A DNA stretch of 64,000 bases, taken from contig NC_058368.1 in assembly GCF_018350175.1 (NCBI RefSeq), positions 153,142,001 to 153,206,000 on the forward strand, given 5' to 3'. How positions within the stretch are numbered: position 1 is the stretch's first letter; each line of letters opens with the position of its first letter. Positions 25,940 to 38,497 of the stretch are shown here, in pieces. A program made the translations under genes and the position numbers. This stretch comes from Felis catus. Taxonomy: Eukaryota. The notes under the pieces were generated by a model. The model made no database searches and was not told where the DNA came from. It worked only from the letters and a program-made list of their open reading frames with translations.

Positions 25940-26051
25940 TTTTTTTTTTAGGTTATTTGTTTTAGTAATCTCTGTACCCAGTGTGGGACTCGAATGTACA
26001 ACCCTGAGATAAGAGTTGCATGGTCGTCCAAATGAGCCAGCCAGGGGCCCC
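25940..26051 (-). mobile_element. Short Can-SINE
   Basis: T tail, TGGGACTCGAA, GCCAGCCAGGGGCCCC; TSD-like CCT(A/G)GAACTT. Confidence 0.87.
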
Positions 26052-26709
26052 TGTGCCTGGAACTTCTTAAGGTCAGCTGATGAAGAGGGTACTTTATGTT
26101 TTATATGTCACACACATGTGTGCACACACACAGAACAAGATCTTCCCACCTATTTCGGCAAACTGAAATAAACCAAAGAAAAACATAATCCACACTGAAG
26201 AGAAACTAAAGGCTGCATGTTCCAGAAAGTTACTGCTCTAGGAAATAGGACTACCTTCTTAAAATGTGGATTTAAAAAATGCCAACTAAAATCTTGATGA
26301 AAAAAGTTTTAAATGGCATGAATTCACATACAAACCTAAGTTTTTGAAAAATCTTTTTAGATGAACAGATCCAGGAAATTCAGTCTTCATCCTTTAGAAT
26401 AAAACAATTCTCTGTCACTGTTTTCCTCTGCAGTATTTTAAATAGCATTCTCCAGCTTGAGAAATTACATGAAATAATGGCATTAAAAGACTTTGGAGTA
26501 CATATACTGTCCTACTAATTTTTAGTTTTGTGATTTTTGGCACTTTCTTTACTTTCTCTGAAACGGGGATGGATACTTCTCCTTAACTTTAGAAGGCATC
26601 TGTGGAAATCAACAAAAAATACCTTAAGTTTTTAGCACATAATAGGTGCTTAGTAATGTTAACTACTTTTCTCCTGCCCCTAAGGTGATACCTGCATTTA
26701 GTTTAAGAT

Positions 26710-26711
<2 letters not shown>

Positions 26712-26762
<51 letters not shown>

Positions 26763-26958
26763 AAATGTTTATTTATTTTTGAGAGAGAGAGTGAGAGAGA
26801 GTGCTCATGCATGCTTGCTGGGGAGGGGCAGAGAGAGGGGGACCGAAGAGGGCTCTGCACTGACAGCAGGGAGCCCCGATGCGGGGCTCAAACTTACTCT
26901 GAGATCATTACCTGAGCCAAAGTTAGACACTCAACCAACCCAGCCACCCAGACGCCTC
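26712..26958 (-). mobile_element. Can-SINE whose tail has become a (CT)n microsatellite
   Basis: (CT)n about 26714-26757, then SINE body; TSD TAAGATT. Confidence 0.92.
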
Positions 26959-27412
26959 TAAGATTATTTTCACATAAACAGAAATCCTGAGCTTCAGATC
27001 TTCATAGCATATCTCTGAAATCAGCAGCGTTTCTGTAATTGCTGATTATTCAGTCAGTTTAGAATGATGATGTCACAGGCCACGTTCGCTAAGCTACCAT
27101 CTCAGTGATCTTATTTGGCTACAATCCCCAGTGTTTAGATACTATATAAGTATGATGTAGACATAAAATCTATTAGTTATATTTTGTCCTTTGTTCTGTA
27201 ACATTTTGGAACTCTTATTATAAAGGAGTGATATGGTAGATTATATACATTTTTACCTTATTGTTTGAGGCAATATCATAACACTGGAAATTTTGTATTC
27301 ATTCACTGAAGAGCATTAATCTCTCTGAAATGTATTTATGAATGTATATGTTAGATGACACATTTCCATGCCTCTGTGCTGAATATCTATTATAATAAAA
27401 ATCAAAACAATA

Positions 27413-27612
27413 GGGGTACCCAGGTGGCTCAGTCGGTTAAGCCTCTGACTCTTGAACTCAGCTTGGGTCATGATCTCACGGTTCGTGGATTCAAGCCCCG
27501 CATCGGGCTCTGCGCTGGCAGTGGAGCCTGCGTGGGATTCTGTCTCCCTCTCTCCCTGCCTCTCCTGTCTCATGCTCACTCTCTTTCTCAAAATAAATTT
27601 AAAAAACTGAAA
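27413..27612 (+). mobile_element. Can-SINE
   Basis: TSD AAAAATCA(A/G)A(A/G)CAATA. Confidence 0.93.
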
Positions 27613-27649
27613 AAAAATCAGAGCAATAACAGCTCAAATAAATACTCAA

Positions 27650-27825
27650 CAGGTATTTATTGAGTGCTTATTATGTGGAACTATACTTCTATCATTTAAT
27701 TTTTACAACAATCCTGTAAAGTAAGGACTATTATTCTTGCCTTTTTACATACGGAGAGACAGAGGCTTAGAGAAATTGAGTAACTTAGGCAAGATCACAC
27801 TCCCAGTAAGTCATGAGCTGGGATC
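27650..27825 (-). mobile_element. MIR
   Basis: ATTTATTGAGTGCTTA...TTTTACATACGGAGAGACAGAGGCTTAGAGAAATTGAGTAACTT. Confidence 0.8.
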
Positions 27826-28012
27826 CCGTGTACTATGATCAGTTCCCCTACTAGGCTTTGCAATGCTCGAAGACCATAGGACCTCTTGCTTACTTATCCC
27901 ACGGCACCTCAGCAGAAGGCTGTCTTATAGTAGCTATTCAACAAATGCCTACTAACTTAAAATTTTTGCTGACTTAAAATGTATTAACAAGCAAGATGAA
28001 TTAAAATGCATT

Positions 28013-28225
28013 CTGGGTGGCTCAGTTGGTTAAGCGTCCGACTTCGGTTCAGGTCATGATCTTGCAGTTTGTGAGTTTGAGTCCCAGGTTGGGCTCTGTG
28101 TTGACAGCTCAGAGCCTAGAGCCTGCTTCAGATTCTGTGTCTCCCTGGCTCTCTCTGCCCCACTCCCACTCATGCTCTGTCTATCTGTCTGTATCTCTCT
28201 CTTGTGAATTAATAAACATTAAATT
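28013..28225 (+). mobile_element. Can-SINE (felid type), first bases missing
   Basis: Starts CTGGGTGGCTCAG; TSD AATGCAT. Confidence 0.93.
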
Positions 28226-28695
28226 AATGCATAATAACTATAATTAACATGAATTGTTATTTGGTTACCTTTCACTTATAAAAACTAACGCATTGCAGTA
28301 AATGTTCCTTTACTTTAACATTGATGCCCATTACAAAGTCACAATCTCCTAGAGAACAGTCTGTCTTTGGCTTAGTTGAAGATCTTTATTGAGGGAACTG
28401 GAGGGCAGCAGCAACATCCAGCAGGCTCCAGATGAGACAGAGAGTTCCACAGTGAATATACTCTCCATAGGTTCTTATATCCTTCATTTCCCTAGTTCTC
28501 TAATGTAGCCAGTTTTAATAGAAGTGACCTTAAGCATAGAGTCAAGTTAGCAAGTCACATTCCTGTTGCTTGCTGAGAACATTTGTAAGGACTGAGAGAA
28601 CAGAAATGGAAACAAAAAATGTGACTCCTATCCCTAAAGGCAGGAAAAGGTCAAAAACAAACAAACAAAAGAAAAAACAAAAAACGTGTGGAGGT

Positions 28696-28900
28696 GGGCG
28701 CTTGGGTAGCTCAGTCAGTTTAAGGGTCTATTGATTTCAGCTCAGGTCATGGTCTCAACAGTTTCTTGAGGTCAAGCCCCACATTGGGCTCTATGCTTAC
28801 AGTGCAGAGCCTGCTGGAGATTCTCCCCGTCTCTCTGCCACTCCCCTGTTCACACCTTCTCTGTCTCTCTCAAAATAAATAAATAAACTTTAAAAAAAAA
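28696..28900 (+). mobile_element. Can-SINE
   Basis: Head, body and tail; TSD-like GTGTG(G/A)AG. Confidence 0.9.
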
Positions 28901-29878
28901 AGTGTGAAGTTATATCTGTGGCTCCCTTATATCCATCCTTTCTGCCTTTTCTTCCTGTGTGTCACTGTCCCCTCCACTCTCTAAAGCCTACACTTCCAGC
29001 CACTGCTGCAACTGAACTGCCTTCCACCTAGATCAATTGCTTCGTCTGTCTTTTTAAATACTGCATAGACCTTCTTGGACAGAAAACCTGTGTAGGAGAC
29101 ACACTTACACACTAAGACAGGGCTGGAGGAAATCAAGCATTGGATTGCACGGCCCAGGCTCTAAGCATCTAGGAATCCGGATGTCTGTTCCAAGGAGACC
29201 CAGAGGCCATATGCATTGAGCTAAACAGACCAGATAGAGTGAGTTTCTAAACCTCTGGTAACACTCTCACCCGTGAACTCCACTGTTCTCTGAAGTCTGT
29301 AACACGCGTTACCTTTCAGTGAATATCAACTGAGTTTAAACATGGCAGCAAATGCACAGTCCAGTTCACCTTTTCTAAGAAAATATTCAAAGTGTCTAGC
29401 TTTATGTGCCTCCACTTAATTGATTGTTCCTGTGTGAAGACAAAGACATAGTAAACTTAGCTCTAATTGGGGCTAGGCAGGCGATCTGAAATGATGGAAT
29501 TACAGAAAAAGAGAAGGAGAACTTCGTATTCACTGGCTGTGATCAATCCAGGAGGCAATTGTCCTGAATGTGCCTAGGTCTCCTAAAATGAAGTGAGGAC
29601 ATTGGTACTTGACATTGTCTCCCTTTTGCTTGCCTGGTTTCTCTCCCTTTCAAGTATGTATGCAGCCTCTCGTTGGTTGATGTGGTTGCAGCATTTTGTA
29701 CTGAAGATTTGTTCATCACTGAATATCCACCTCCATCTTCAACACTACAAGCATTAGAGAAACTCCAGTGGAATAGTGTAGAAAAAAACTTACTAGAATT
29801 GTAGGTCCTGATTATTACAACTTTAGTACTGACCTGATCATTTACTGAGAGGAAGTTTTTCAAAGGAATTTTTTCTTT

Positions 29879-30080
29879 CCTAATTTTTAAAAAATAGGTT
29901 TTTTTTTTGAGATAGAGAGAGCAGGAGTGGGGGAGGGGCAGAGAGAGAGGGGGCCAGAGGATCTGAAGCAGGCTCTGCACTGACAGCAGCCTGCCTGACA
30001 TGGGGCTCAAACTCATTAACCGTGAGATCATGACCTGACCTGAAGTCAGACAGTCAACCAACTGAGCCACCCAGGCACCC
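29879..30080 (-). mobile_element. Can-SINE
   Basis: TSD AGGAA(T/A)TTTTTCTTT 29864-29878 and 30081-30095. Confidence 0.94.
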
Positions 30081-30416
30081 AGGAAATTTTTCTTTTTAAA
30101 ATGAAGATTTAAAAGACGCAAATCAAAACTGAATAAATGTACCTATGATTTTTTTCATCAAAAAGCCCTCCTATACTTTTCCCCTTCAAGGCTTGGCAGA
30201 ATAACAGGTCATGGGGTAACCAGACCTAGTACAGTGAGTTGGAGGGGCAATAGTCTTAGTAAATAAATTTTATAAGAGTTATAAATGCTACTTGATCACA
30301 GATGATATGCTTTTAAGTTATTCACTTTCATGAGGAATCACTGTAAAAATAAAAGGGAGGTTATACAGGGATGTCTCCCTTTGCAGTGCTCATCCTAAGT
30401 ATGAAAATTTGGTCTA

Positions 30417-30637
30417 GGGGGGCACCTGGGTGGCTCAGTCAGTTAAGGGTCTGACTTCAGCTCAGGTCATGATCTCACAGTTCATGAGTTCGAGCCCATC
30501 ATCAGGCTCTGCACTGACAGCTCAGAGCCTGGGTCCTGCTTAGGATTCTATGTCTCCCTCTCTCTCTGCCCCTCCACTGCTCACACTCTGTTTCTCTCTC
30601 TCAAAAGTAAATAAGCATTAAAAAAAATTTTTTTTTT
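30417..30637 (+). mobile_element. Can-SINE (felid type)
   Basis: TSD AATTTGGTCTAG. Confidence 0.95.
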
Positions 30638-31376
30638 AATTTGGTCTAGCATTTCTGAGCCCAGGAAGAATCTGCTTCTTTGTTATTTTATTGTAACAAT
30701 ACTGTATTAGTAACAAGTTAATTTATATTATTTTTCCTATTATTAACAATGATACCTTTACATTTCTCAGTATCTTTTAGAAATGTTTATGCTTGAAACA
30801 AATTTAAGTAGTCATACCTGTGGAGATTTTTCAATATCATATTGTATTCCTGTGATACACTTTTGAGAATTATGTTTTATTTCTGAGTACATGCTGACCT
30901 ATGATACAGTGTTTGGATGTCTCTCATATGTAGCAATATGCCTTTAGTGTGTGCAGTCTTCAGTAAAATGAAATAAAATGCTACAAGTAAACCAAGATTG
31001 ACTACAATAGTTGACTATAGATTCTGTACTAGAACCTCTTCCCCATTCTTTTCTTTACCCATGAGCTTCTCTTCAAAAAATAAATCAGAAAAATGTTAGA
31101 AGACCATAATGTAGATAGGATCTGCAAGTGCAAGAGATCTCTTGAAGAATGGGTGCCTCTGAATCATTGCTGCAAATTTTCTGGATTTGCTGTATTTATC
31201 ACCCAAAGTTTTGTATGTTTCACATGCTTGTAAAATCCACTTTTATCTTTTTTCCCCATGCTTCAATATGTTGTTATTTACGTATAAGTGATACAAGCCA
31301 CAGTGCTTTGCAACTTGTCGGTTTCTTTTAGTACACTATAATTTAGTACTTTATTCTTTGGATAGAGTCCACAACG

Positions 31377-31440
31377 GTTTTTTGTTTTGTTGTGTTGTGG
31401 GGTTTTTTGTTGTTGTTGTTGTTGTTGTTGGGTTTTTTTT
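31377..31440. repeat. (GTT)n / T-rich microsatellite
   Basis: (GTT)7 within a G/T-only tract. Confidence 0.85.
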
Positions 31441-31730
31441 GCCTGTAAACCATGTGAATCAAATATTTTGTTAGGAAAAGTAGAGTCAGAGAAACAGAAA
31501 GGTCATCTCTACCAAAACAAAACCACATTTCACCAGTCCTTTATACTTAATTTCATCTGTGTTCTCCTCTTTCAACATGGAATGCATGTTTTTAATGCAA
31601 AAATGAGGAAAAACCAAATATAAAATCTGGTTGAAATCTGCTTTATTTGAATCACCAAATGGGTTCGTTAATCAGTATGAATTAGCAAAATGATATATAC
31701 TCCTTATCTTAATGTTCACTGACAGTGTTT

Positions 31731-31919
31731 GTTTTGTTTTAATGTTACTTATCTTTGAGGAACAGAGACCGAGTGCAAGTGGGGGAGGGGCAGAGAGAGG
31801 GAGACACAGAATCTGAAGCAGGCTACAGGTTCCCAGTTGTCAGCACAGAGCCCAGTGCTCCAACCCCAAGATCATGACTGGAGCCAAAGTCGCTTAACTG
31901 ACTGAGCCACTCAGGCGCA
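31731..31919 (-). mobile_element. Can-SINE
   Basis: TSD CACT(G/A)ACA(G/C)TGTTT. Confidence 0.9.
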
Positions 31920-32480
31920 CACTAACACTGTTTCTATCTGCTGTTTCCCTTTGTGGACCTGAGAGGAGGAGGCTAGTTCTGTTGCACTATACTCCTCACA
32001 GCACTGCTATGCTCATCCCTCTGAATTTTCCAAGAATCCTCCCTGGCTGCAACTACTACCCATCCCATAGATGGGATTCATTCTAGTACTGTTCATTCTT
32101 TTACACATATCTTCTGAAGGTCTAGCAAGAGGATCTCTCATTCTCTACATCCAGAATTCTGAGAGATCCTCTACTTCTCTCTACTGGCATCCAGTTACAC
32201 TTGTAATTCCCTCCTTCTGTTTACAGCTGTCACCAGACCCTGTCTAACCTCTGTTTCCCGCTTCTCTGGATTTCTGTCTCCCATGACATATTTCGCCTTT
32301 TTTGCCCCTTTCCCTACAACTTGGATCATTCGTGGACACCAAAGTATTTTTATCATTCTATCACATTCTCACTGACTAAGTGACCTTAAATCAACTACTT
32401 CATCTTATTGGTGAAGTAACCAGGGCTGGACCAATTGACTTTGTAAGTGACTAATTTTTCTTTTTAAAATTTCTACTTTT

Positions 32481-33135
32481 GGCTGGTGCAGCCACTCTGG
32501 AAAACAGTATGGAGGTTCCTCAAAAAATTAAAAATAGAACTACCCTACAACCCAGCAATTGCACTACTAGGTATGTACCCAAGGGATACAGGTATGCTGT
32601 TTCAAAGGGACACATGCACCCCCATGTTTATAGCAGCACTAGCAACAATAGCCAAAGTATGGAAAGAGCCCAAATGTCCGTCGATGGATAAATGGATAAA
32701 GAAGATGTGGTATATATATACAATGGAGTATTACTCGGCAATCAAAAAGAATGAAATCTTGCCATTTGCAACTACATGGATGGAACTAGAGGGTATTATG
32801 CTAAGCGAAATTAGTCAGAGAAGGACAAACATCATATGATTTCACTCATATGGGAACTTTAATACACGGAACAGGTGAACATAAGGGAAGCAAAAATAAT
32901 ATAAAAACAGGGAGGGGGACAAAACAGAAAAGACTCTTAAATATGAAGAACAAACAGAGGGTTACTGGAGGGGTTATCGGAGGGGGGATGGGTTAAATTG
33001 GTAAGGAGCCTTAAGGAATCTACTCCTGAAATCATTGTTGCAGTATATGCTAACTTGGATTTAAATTAAAAAAAGAAAATAAAAAAAGAAAAACTGCAAA
33101 ATAGTAACGTATACATGTAAAATATAAAAGAAAAT
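32481..33135 (+). mobile_element. Relatively young felid-type L1, 5'-truncated; ORF2 C-terminal frame open
   Basis: ORF 32486..32839 QPLWKTVWRFLKKLKIELPYNPAIALLG...EGIMLSEISQRRTNII*, then 3'UTR and A tail; TSD core TTCTACTTTT 32471-32480 and 33137-33146. Confidence 0.96.
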
Positions 33136-33146
33136 ATTCTACTTTT

Positions 33147-33346
33147 GGGGTACCTGGGTAGCTCAGTTGGTTAAGTGTCCAACTTTGGCTCAGGTCACGA
33201 GCTCACTTGGTGAGTAGGAGCCCTCCCTTGGGTAAGCTCGAGCCCCACTCCAGGCTCTGCATTCTCGCCCTCTCTCACTCTCTCTGCATGTCATGGGATT
33301 CTTTCTCACTCTCTCTCTGCCCCTCGCTCATTCACTCTCTCTCAAA

Positions 33347-33381
<35 letters not shown>

Positions 33382-33382
33382 A
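33147..33382 (+). mobile_element. Can-SINE with atypical body and (AAAT)n tail
   Basis: GGGGTACCTGGGTAGCTCAG head; TSD core TTCTACTTTT at 33383-33392. Confidence 0.9.
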
Positions 33383-34179
33383 TTCTACTTTTCCTATTTA
33401 TTTTCATTTGGGGTAAAATTGTCTTTGGAGAAGACCATCTATAGCCCAAATATAAACAAACGTGTATGAACTTGCCTCTGAAATGAGTTGTATCTGTGGA
33501 TCATAATGACCCATGAACAAAGCTTTGAACTAGGATTTAGGAATGCCATTAAACAATACAGAAATGCCATTAAATAATTGTGTGACTTTGACCAAACCAT
33601 GCAGATGGAATTTCTTCATCTATACATGAATGAAATCAGACAGTATCTTGCCTAACTCTGGAACTTGATGATTCTATTACAAAACTTTATAAAAATGAAT
33701 AATGCTCTATTTGAGAAACCAAAAAGTTTTAGAGACATTACTTTTGCCATTCATTTTGCAAGTACACATGTTCTTTTCTGCTGTTCTTTTGTTCGGAATT
33801 GAAAAGGGAGTCCTGAGAGAGTGAGGTGAGCTCTAGAGGAAAAGGGCTTCGTCTGGGAACTAAACCTGCAAACCACCCCTGGTCCCAGGTCATGTCCTGT
33901 GGTCTTCTGGGATATCACGCTTCTTTCTTCATTCGTAGCTATACTCTAAGCTTCTCTCTGCTCAATCGCAGAACTCTCATGAGTTTGCCAAAACTCTGAA
34001 ATATCAATCACAGGATTAACTAAACAGCGCATTTTTATATTTGAAACCCTAATTTTGCTTTTTTACTAAAACCGCTTTCCTCATCAGTATATTTAAAATA
34101 TTTGAATAACTGTGCAATAAATAGCAAGAGACACAAATGATTATTTCATAATTACATGCTAAATTGATGATATAAGAAT

Positions 34180-34605
34180 TCCCTATCACTCACTGGATAT
34201 CATTGGGAAGCTCACTTAATTTCTCTAATGTCTCAGTTTCTTTCTTTTTTTTTTTTAAGTTTATTTATTTATTTTGAGAGAGAAAAAAGAGAGAGCATGT
34301 GAGAAGGGCAGAGAACATGGGAGAGAGAGAGAATCCCAAGCAGGCTTCACACTGTCAGCGCAGAGCCCGACACATGGCTTGAACTCACGAACCAACCGTG
34401 AGATCATGACCTGAGCTGACACCAAGAGTCAGACGCTTCACTGACAGAGCCACCCAGGTGCTGCACAGTTTCTCTCTTTCTGAAAATTGTGGCTAAAAAT
34501 GGTACCTACGTAGCACTGTTGGGAGGATTGAGTAAAATGAGTAACATGTGAAGCATGGCCACGTGTGTGGAGCTGAAAGAATGCTCAGAAAACATTAGCT
34601 ACTCT
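34180..34605 (+). mobile_element. MIR split by a SINE
   Basis: CACTTAATTTCTCTAATGTCTCAGTTTCT / ...GTTGGGAGGATTGAGTAAAATGAG...ATGCTCAGAAAACATTAGCT. Confidence 0.75.
34242..34464 (-). mobile_element. Can-SINE
   Basis: TSD CAGTTTCT; full body. Confidence 0.93.
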
Positions 34606-36949
34606 CATTGTAATGGTGATGGTTGTTTTCTAGTATTATTTGCAATTATTCTTAGTAATAATAATAGAGAAGTGCATAGAAAGGTCTTGAAAAGCCAGAG
34701 ATGGCCTTGTGAAAGATGGGGTCGTAGAGCGGGGCCACAGAGTATACCAAATTTGGATGTGTTCGGAGGAGAGGAAGGTCTTTTCATGTTCTTCAGATAA
34801 AAGGATGGGCAAAGGCACAAGATGGAAGAGAGCATGGTTATCTTTGACTAGCTTAAATGAAGTTTCTGTGGAAGAATGAAAGGAAATAGCACTGAAAAGG
34901 CCCTGGGGTAAGCGTAGGGTTGGGGAGGGGTGACAGGAGCAAAGCCTTTGTGCCACATTATTATGGCATCTATTAAAAACAATTTAAAGAACTTAAAAAA
35001 AAAAGCTTAGTAAAAAAAAATCATTGTTTTGTAAATACCTTAACCACAGCAAATTTTACACCTGACCTCTTGCATTCCATCCATAAAGACAAGTTCAAAG
35101 ACAGCCACCCACCAGGGAGTTTCTTTTGCTGAAACACAAGACCTAATCCTGGGCCATCTTGCCCCTCCCACCGACAGTGGCTGACATTGCGAGCCCAGAG
35201 CAGCATGAAAGTCATTTGCCATAAATAAGTAATATATAAATGCACTAAATAAAATTGTAATCCAGAGTGTAATCTTCGTGAGACCAGGGGCCCTGACATA
35301 AATCTCCCATGCGTCTCACCTCATAGCCTCTCTTAACGCGCGCAGAACCTCCTGAGTTGAATCAGGGGCACTTGGGGCTGAGGACGCTGCACATTAGACA
35401 CTGAAGTGGAAGCTGATTTAATCCTTAAAGTCTAGAGGAGGTACATGGAGAGAGCCCCTGAACTTAGCATCCCTCTAAAATCGCTGGCAGTTCTCTTCTT
35501 TCCCTTCCCATCACCATCTCTGTTTCATCAGCTGCAATGGCTGGTCATCCTTCCTTCCCTTTCAACATCTGTTTTCTATTGTACCCCGTTGTTCTCCTTT
35601 TTTATCTGTCTTGATCATTCTCACAGATTCGGGACTCTGTCAGTAATCCTAAAGATTACTGTGTATGGCTTATCCCCTGAGAGAGCAAGCCTTCCACACC
35701 CGAGGACCCCCGCTCTGCCCTGAAAAAAAACAAACAAAACCCCCCAAAATCCACCTAATAGTGTTCAGCAGGGGCTTTTTGTTGTTTTGTTTTAGGAGAC
35801 ACGGTGAATTTCCCACTTCAGAACCAGTGAAAAGAAATAAAACATCCAGCTTTGTGCCATTTCGGAAAGCAGTGCACATTCCTAGTAGCAGTTAATAATG
35901 GCAGGTGCTGGGAGGAATCCTAGATGGGCAACTGGCTCCGTGAAGTCAGCCAGGACTTGGCCGCATGTGTTTTCAGAGCTGTGAGAAAGACTGAAATGTA
36001 GCCGCACCGCTGCTGGGCAGTCCACAGGCGCCTTGCCGCTGGAGGCCCTGACACGCTTTGAAAATCTCCCTGAGTTGTCTTTTGCCTCTGTGTTACCAAG
36101 TTAGCACCTGGCCCCGCAGCGATTTTCCCGCTGCGGGTCACCAAGAGCTAGCCTCTGCTATTTTATAAGCAGAGAGCTGGCAACCGTCCTGAAATACGGA
36201 GGCTGGGCGTAATCCCCATAGTTGCAGGTTGAAACAAAGAAGTGTTTTAGAGCTCTTGTTACTTGACTTCAGACATCACCCTCTATTTATCAACTTTGCA
36301 GCCCAATTTTGGGCCCGCATTAAGAAATGAAAGAAAATCCACCAGTAACAGCCATTAGGCAAGAACAGAGTCAAGGACAAGCCTCCCCAGTGAGCAGACC
36401 AAGTGTCAGGCACATGGTACAAACCAAGGAAGATTCTGTAAGGCAGGACTGAGAAAAATTCTTACAGATCCCCAGTGTTGGTTTTATTATTGTAATGCTA
36501 CTTAAGTACATATAAGCTCATCTACAGCTATAAAGCAAAAAAAGAAAAAAGAAAATCATGCACATTCACTTCTTCTTTGGCCCTCAGAACTCTCTGCCTT
36601 GGCATGACTGTATCTTTTTATTGACACGGAGTTGGCTCAATTAATGTGAGTTAGATATCTTCGTCACTAACAAGCCTTTTCCAGCCAGAGCAACAATTGA
36701 AGTCCCAGACACAAGGACATCAGAGAGCGGTGGCATTTTGCCTTTGCTTGGCCTCCTGAAGTGTCTATGCGGCATAAGGGCAGTTCAGATCAGAGGAGAA
36801 AGGGGATAGAAAAAGGTGAGAGAAGAGCATGAGCCAAACCCTGCCAAACATCTGCCGAGAAGAACATACTACCTCTACCAGCTTCTCCTTAGGTACTTAG
36901 CATGCTTACACCAGAAGGTGCACAGGCCATGTCTATAGAAGGCCGAAAG

Positions 36950-37222
36950 GAGACCAGGCAGGGCCTGTGGTCAAGAGCCAGAGTGCCTTGTCTAATGGGT
37001 CAGCAGCTACTTGGCTCCACTTAAGCATTTGCTAGACAGGAAGCAGATCGAGCGTCAGCCAGATCTTCTGATTTTTCTAGAGAAGCCAGAAACCAGACTT
37101 TTATGTGAGAGCTCCTAATTTGTTAATACTGGCAACTATTTAAAGACAACCTTTAAATACTGTGCGGGCCAATCAAAACCTGTTGGCAGGCAGTGTTCAA
37201 GCTGCCCGTTTTGGACCTCTGG
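36950..37222 (+). mobile_element. MER102-like hAT-Charlie relic
   Basis: GCCAGATCTTCTGATTTTTCTAGAGAAGCCAGAAA...ACTGTGCGGGCCAATCAAAAC...GACCTCTG. Confidence 0.8.
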
Positions 37223-37929
37223 CTCACCTAGTAGGCACGCACTGAAGGCTTCATCATAATGAACTGGAGCCCTCCCTTGTAGTCCACGTGGATCAGGGAA
37301 AAGAGACTTTTCCAGCTCTGTCTTTGACAAATTTTGTAGACCAAACATTTTTAAAAATCAGAGTTGTTTTAAGAATTCTTGGACCCCTTTTCTGAACATA
37401 ATCTGGAATAAACCCCAGCTTCCAGGGTGGCCTCAGGATGATCTATCCCCTCAAGTGACCTTCCAGTCCATGGCTGGTCCAAGAGGGGAAAAAGGAGATG
37501 CTGGCCGTTCTGAGCCTGTTCTGGATGACTGCAAAGACCTTGTTCAGATCTGTGGCTCAGAGCAGACACAGATCTAGTTATTCTCGATAAATGGGGAAAA
37601 GGCACATGATGGGCATAAGTTGAGTGAGAGCCTCCTCAGCTGTGCCTGGTAAGCTGAGGTACATCCGTGCTGAGGGGAATGAGATGCTGTGAGACACTGA
37701 AGAGATAAAGGAAACAGAAAGGAGGGTGCAGAGCCATTTATTCCTGCTCCTCATCTGTAAGAACAAGCCATCAAAAGCAGAAGTAGAAGAGCTGAAGAAC
37801 GAGACCATGGGAATGCTCTGTGTCCCTTCCGAACTTGCTCCTTGAACATGTGCATCCATCCACCAGGCTGTTGGACATCTTGACCAAAAATAGGACCAGT
37901 GCCAATGGCTGGGATGGAGGCAACAGACT

Positions 37930-38397
37930 TTCTGTTTTCTTTTTTTTTTTCTTTTTTTTGGTTGGCTGAAAGTGCACTTTTATTTATTTTATTTTTTTAA
38001 TAATTTATTTATTTTTTTAAATTTACATCCAAGTTAGTTAGCATATAGTGCAACAATGATTTCAGGAGTAGATTCCTTAATGTCCCTTACCCCAGTTAGC
38101 TCATCCCCCCTCCCACAACTGTCCACTAATCCTCTGTTCTCCGTATTTGAGTCTCTTATGTTTTGTCCCCCTCCCTGCTTTTATGTTATTTTTGCTTCCC
38201 TTCCCTTATGTTCATCTGTTTTGTATCTTAAATTCTTCATATGAGTGAAGTCATATGACTTTCTCTCTCTGACTAATGTTGCTTAACATAATACCTTCTG
38301 GTTCCATCCACGTAGTTGCAAATGGCAAGATTTCATTTGTTTTGATTGCCAAGTAATATTCCATTGTGCATATATAAATAAATAAATAAATGTGTGT

Positions 38398-38435
<38 letters not shown>

Positions 38436-38497
38436 CACATCTTCTTTATCCATTCATCCATCAAGGGACATTTGGACTCTTTCCATACTTTAGCTAT
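37930..38497 (-). mobile_element. Felid-type L1 3' end, 5'-truncated, with double T tail and (TG)n
   Basis: Reverse complement of the 32481 L1 3' end (GATTTCAGGAGTAGATTCCTTAA); TSD GGCAACAGACT 37919-37929 and 38498-38508. Confidence 0.95.

Noticed and set aside
29543..30121. Longest ORF (192 aa, minus strand)
   Set aside because: The N-terminal half is a translated Can-SINE, the start is non-ATG, and the remainder has no recognisable homology.
32486..32839. 117-aa ORF as a host gene or active L1
   Set aside because: It is the ORF2 C-terminus of a 650-bp 5'-truncated L1 with no promoter, ORF1, EN or RT.
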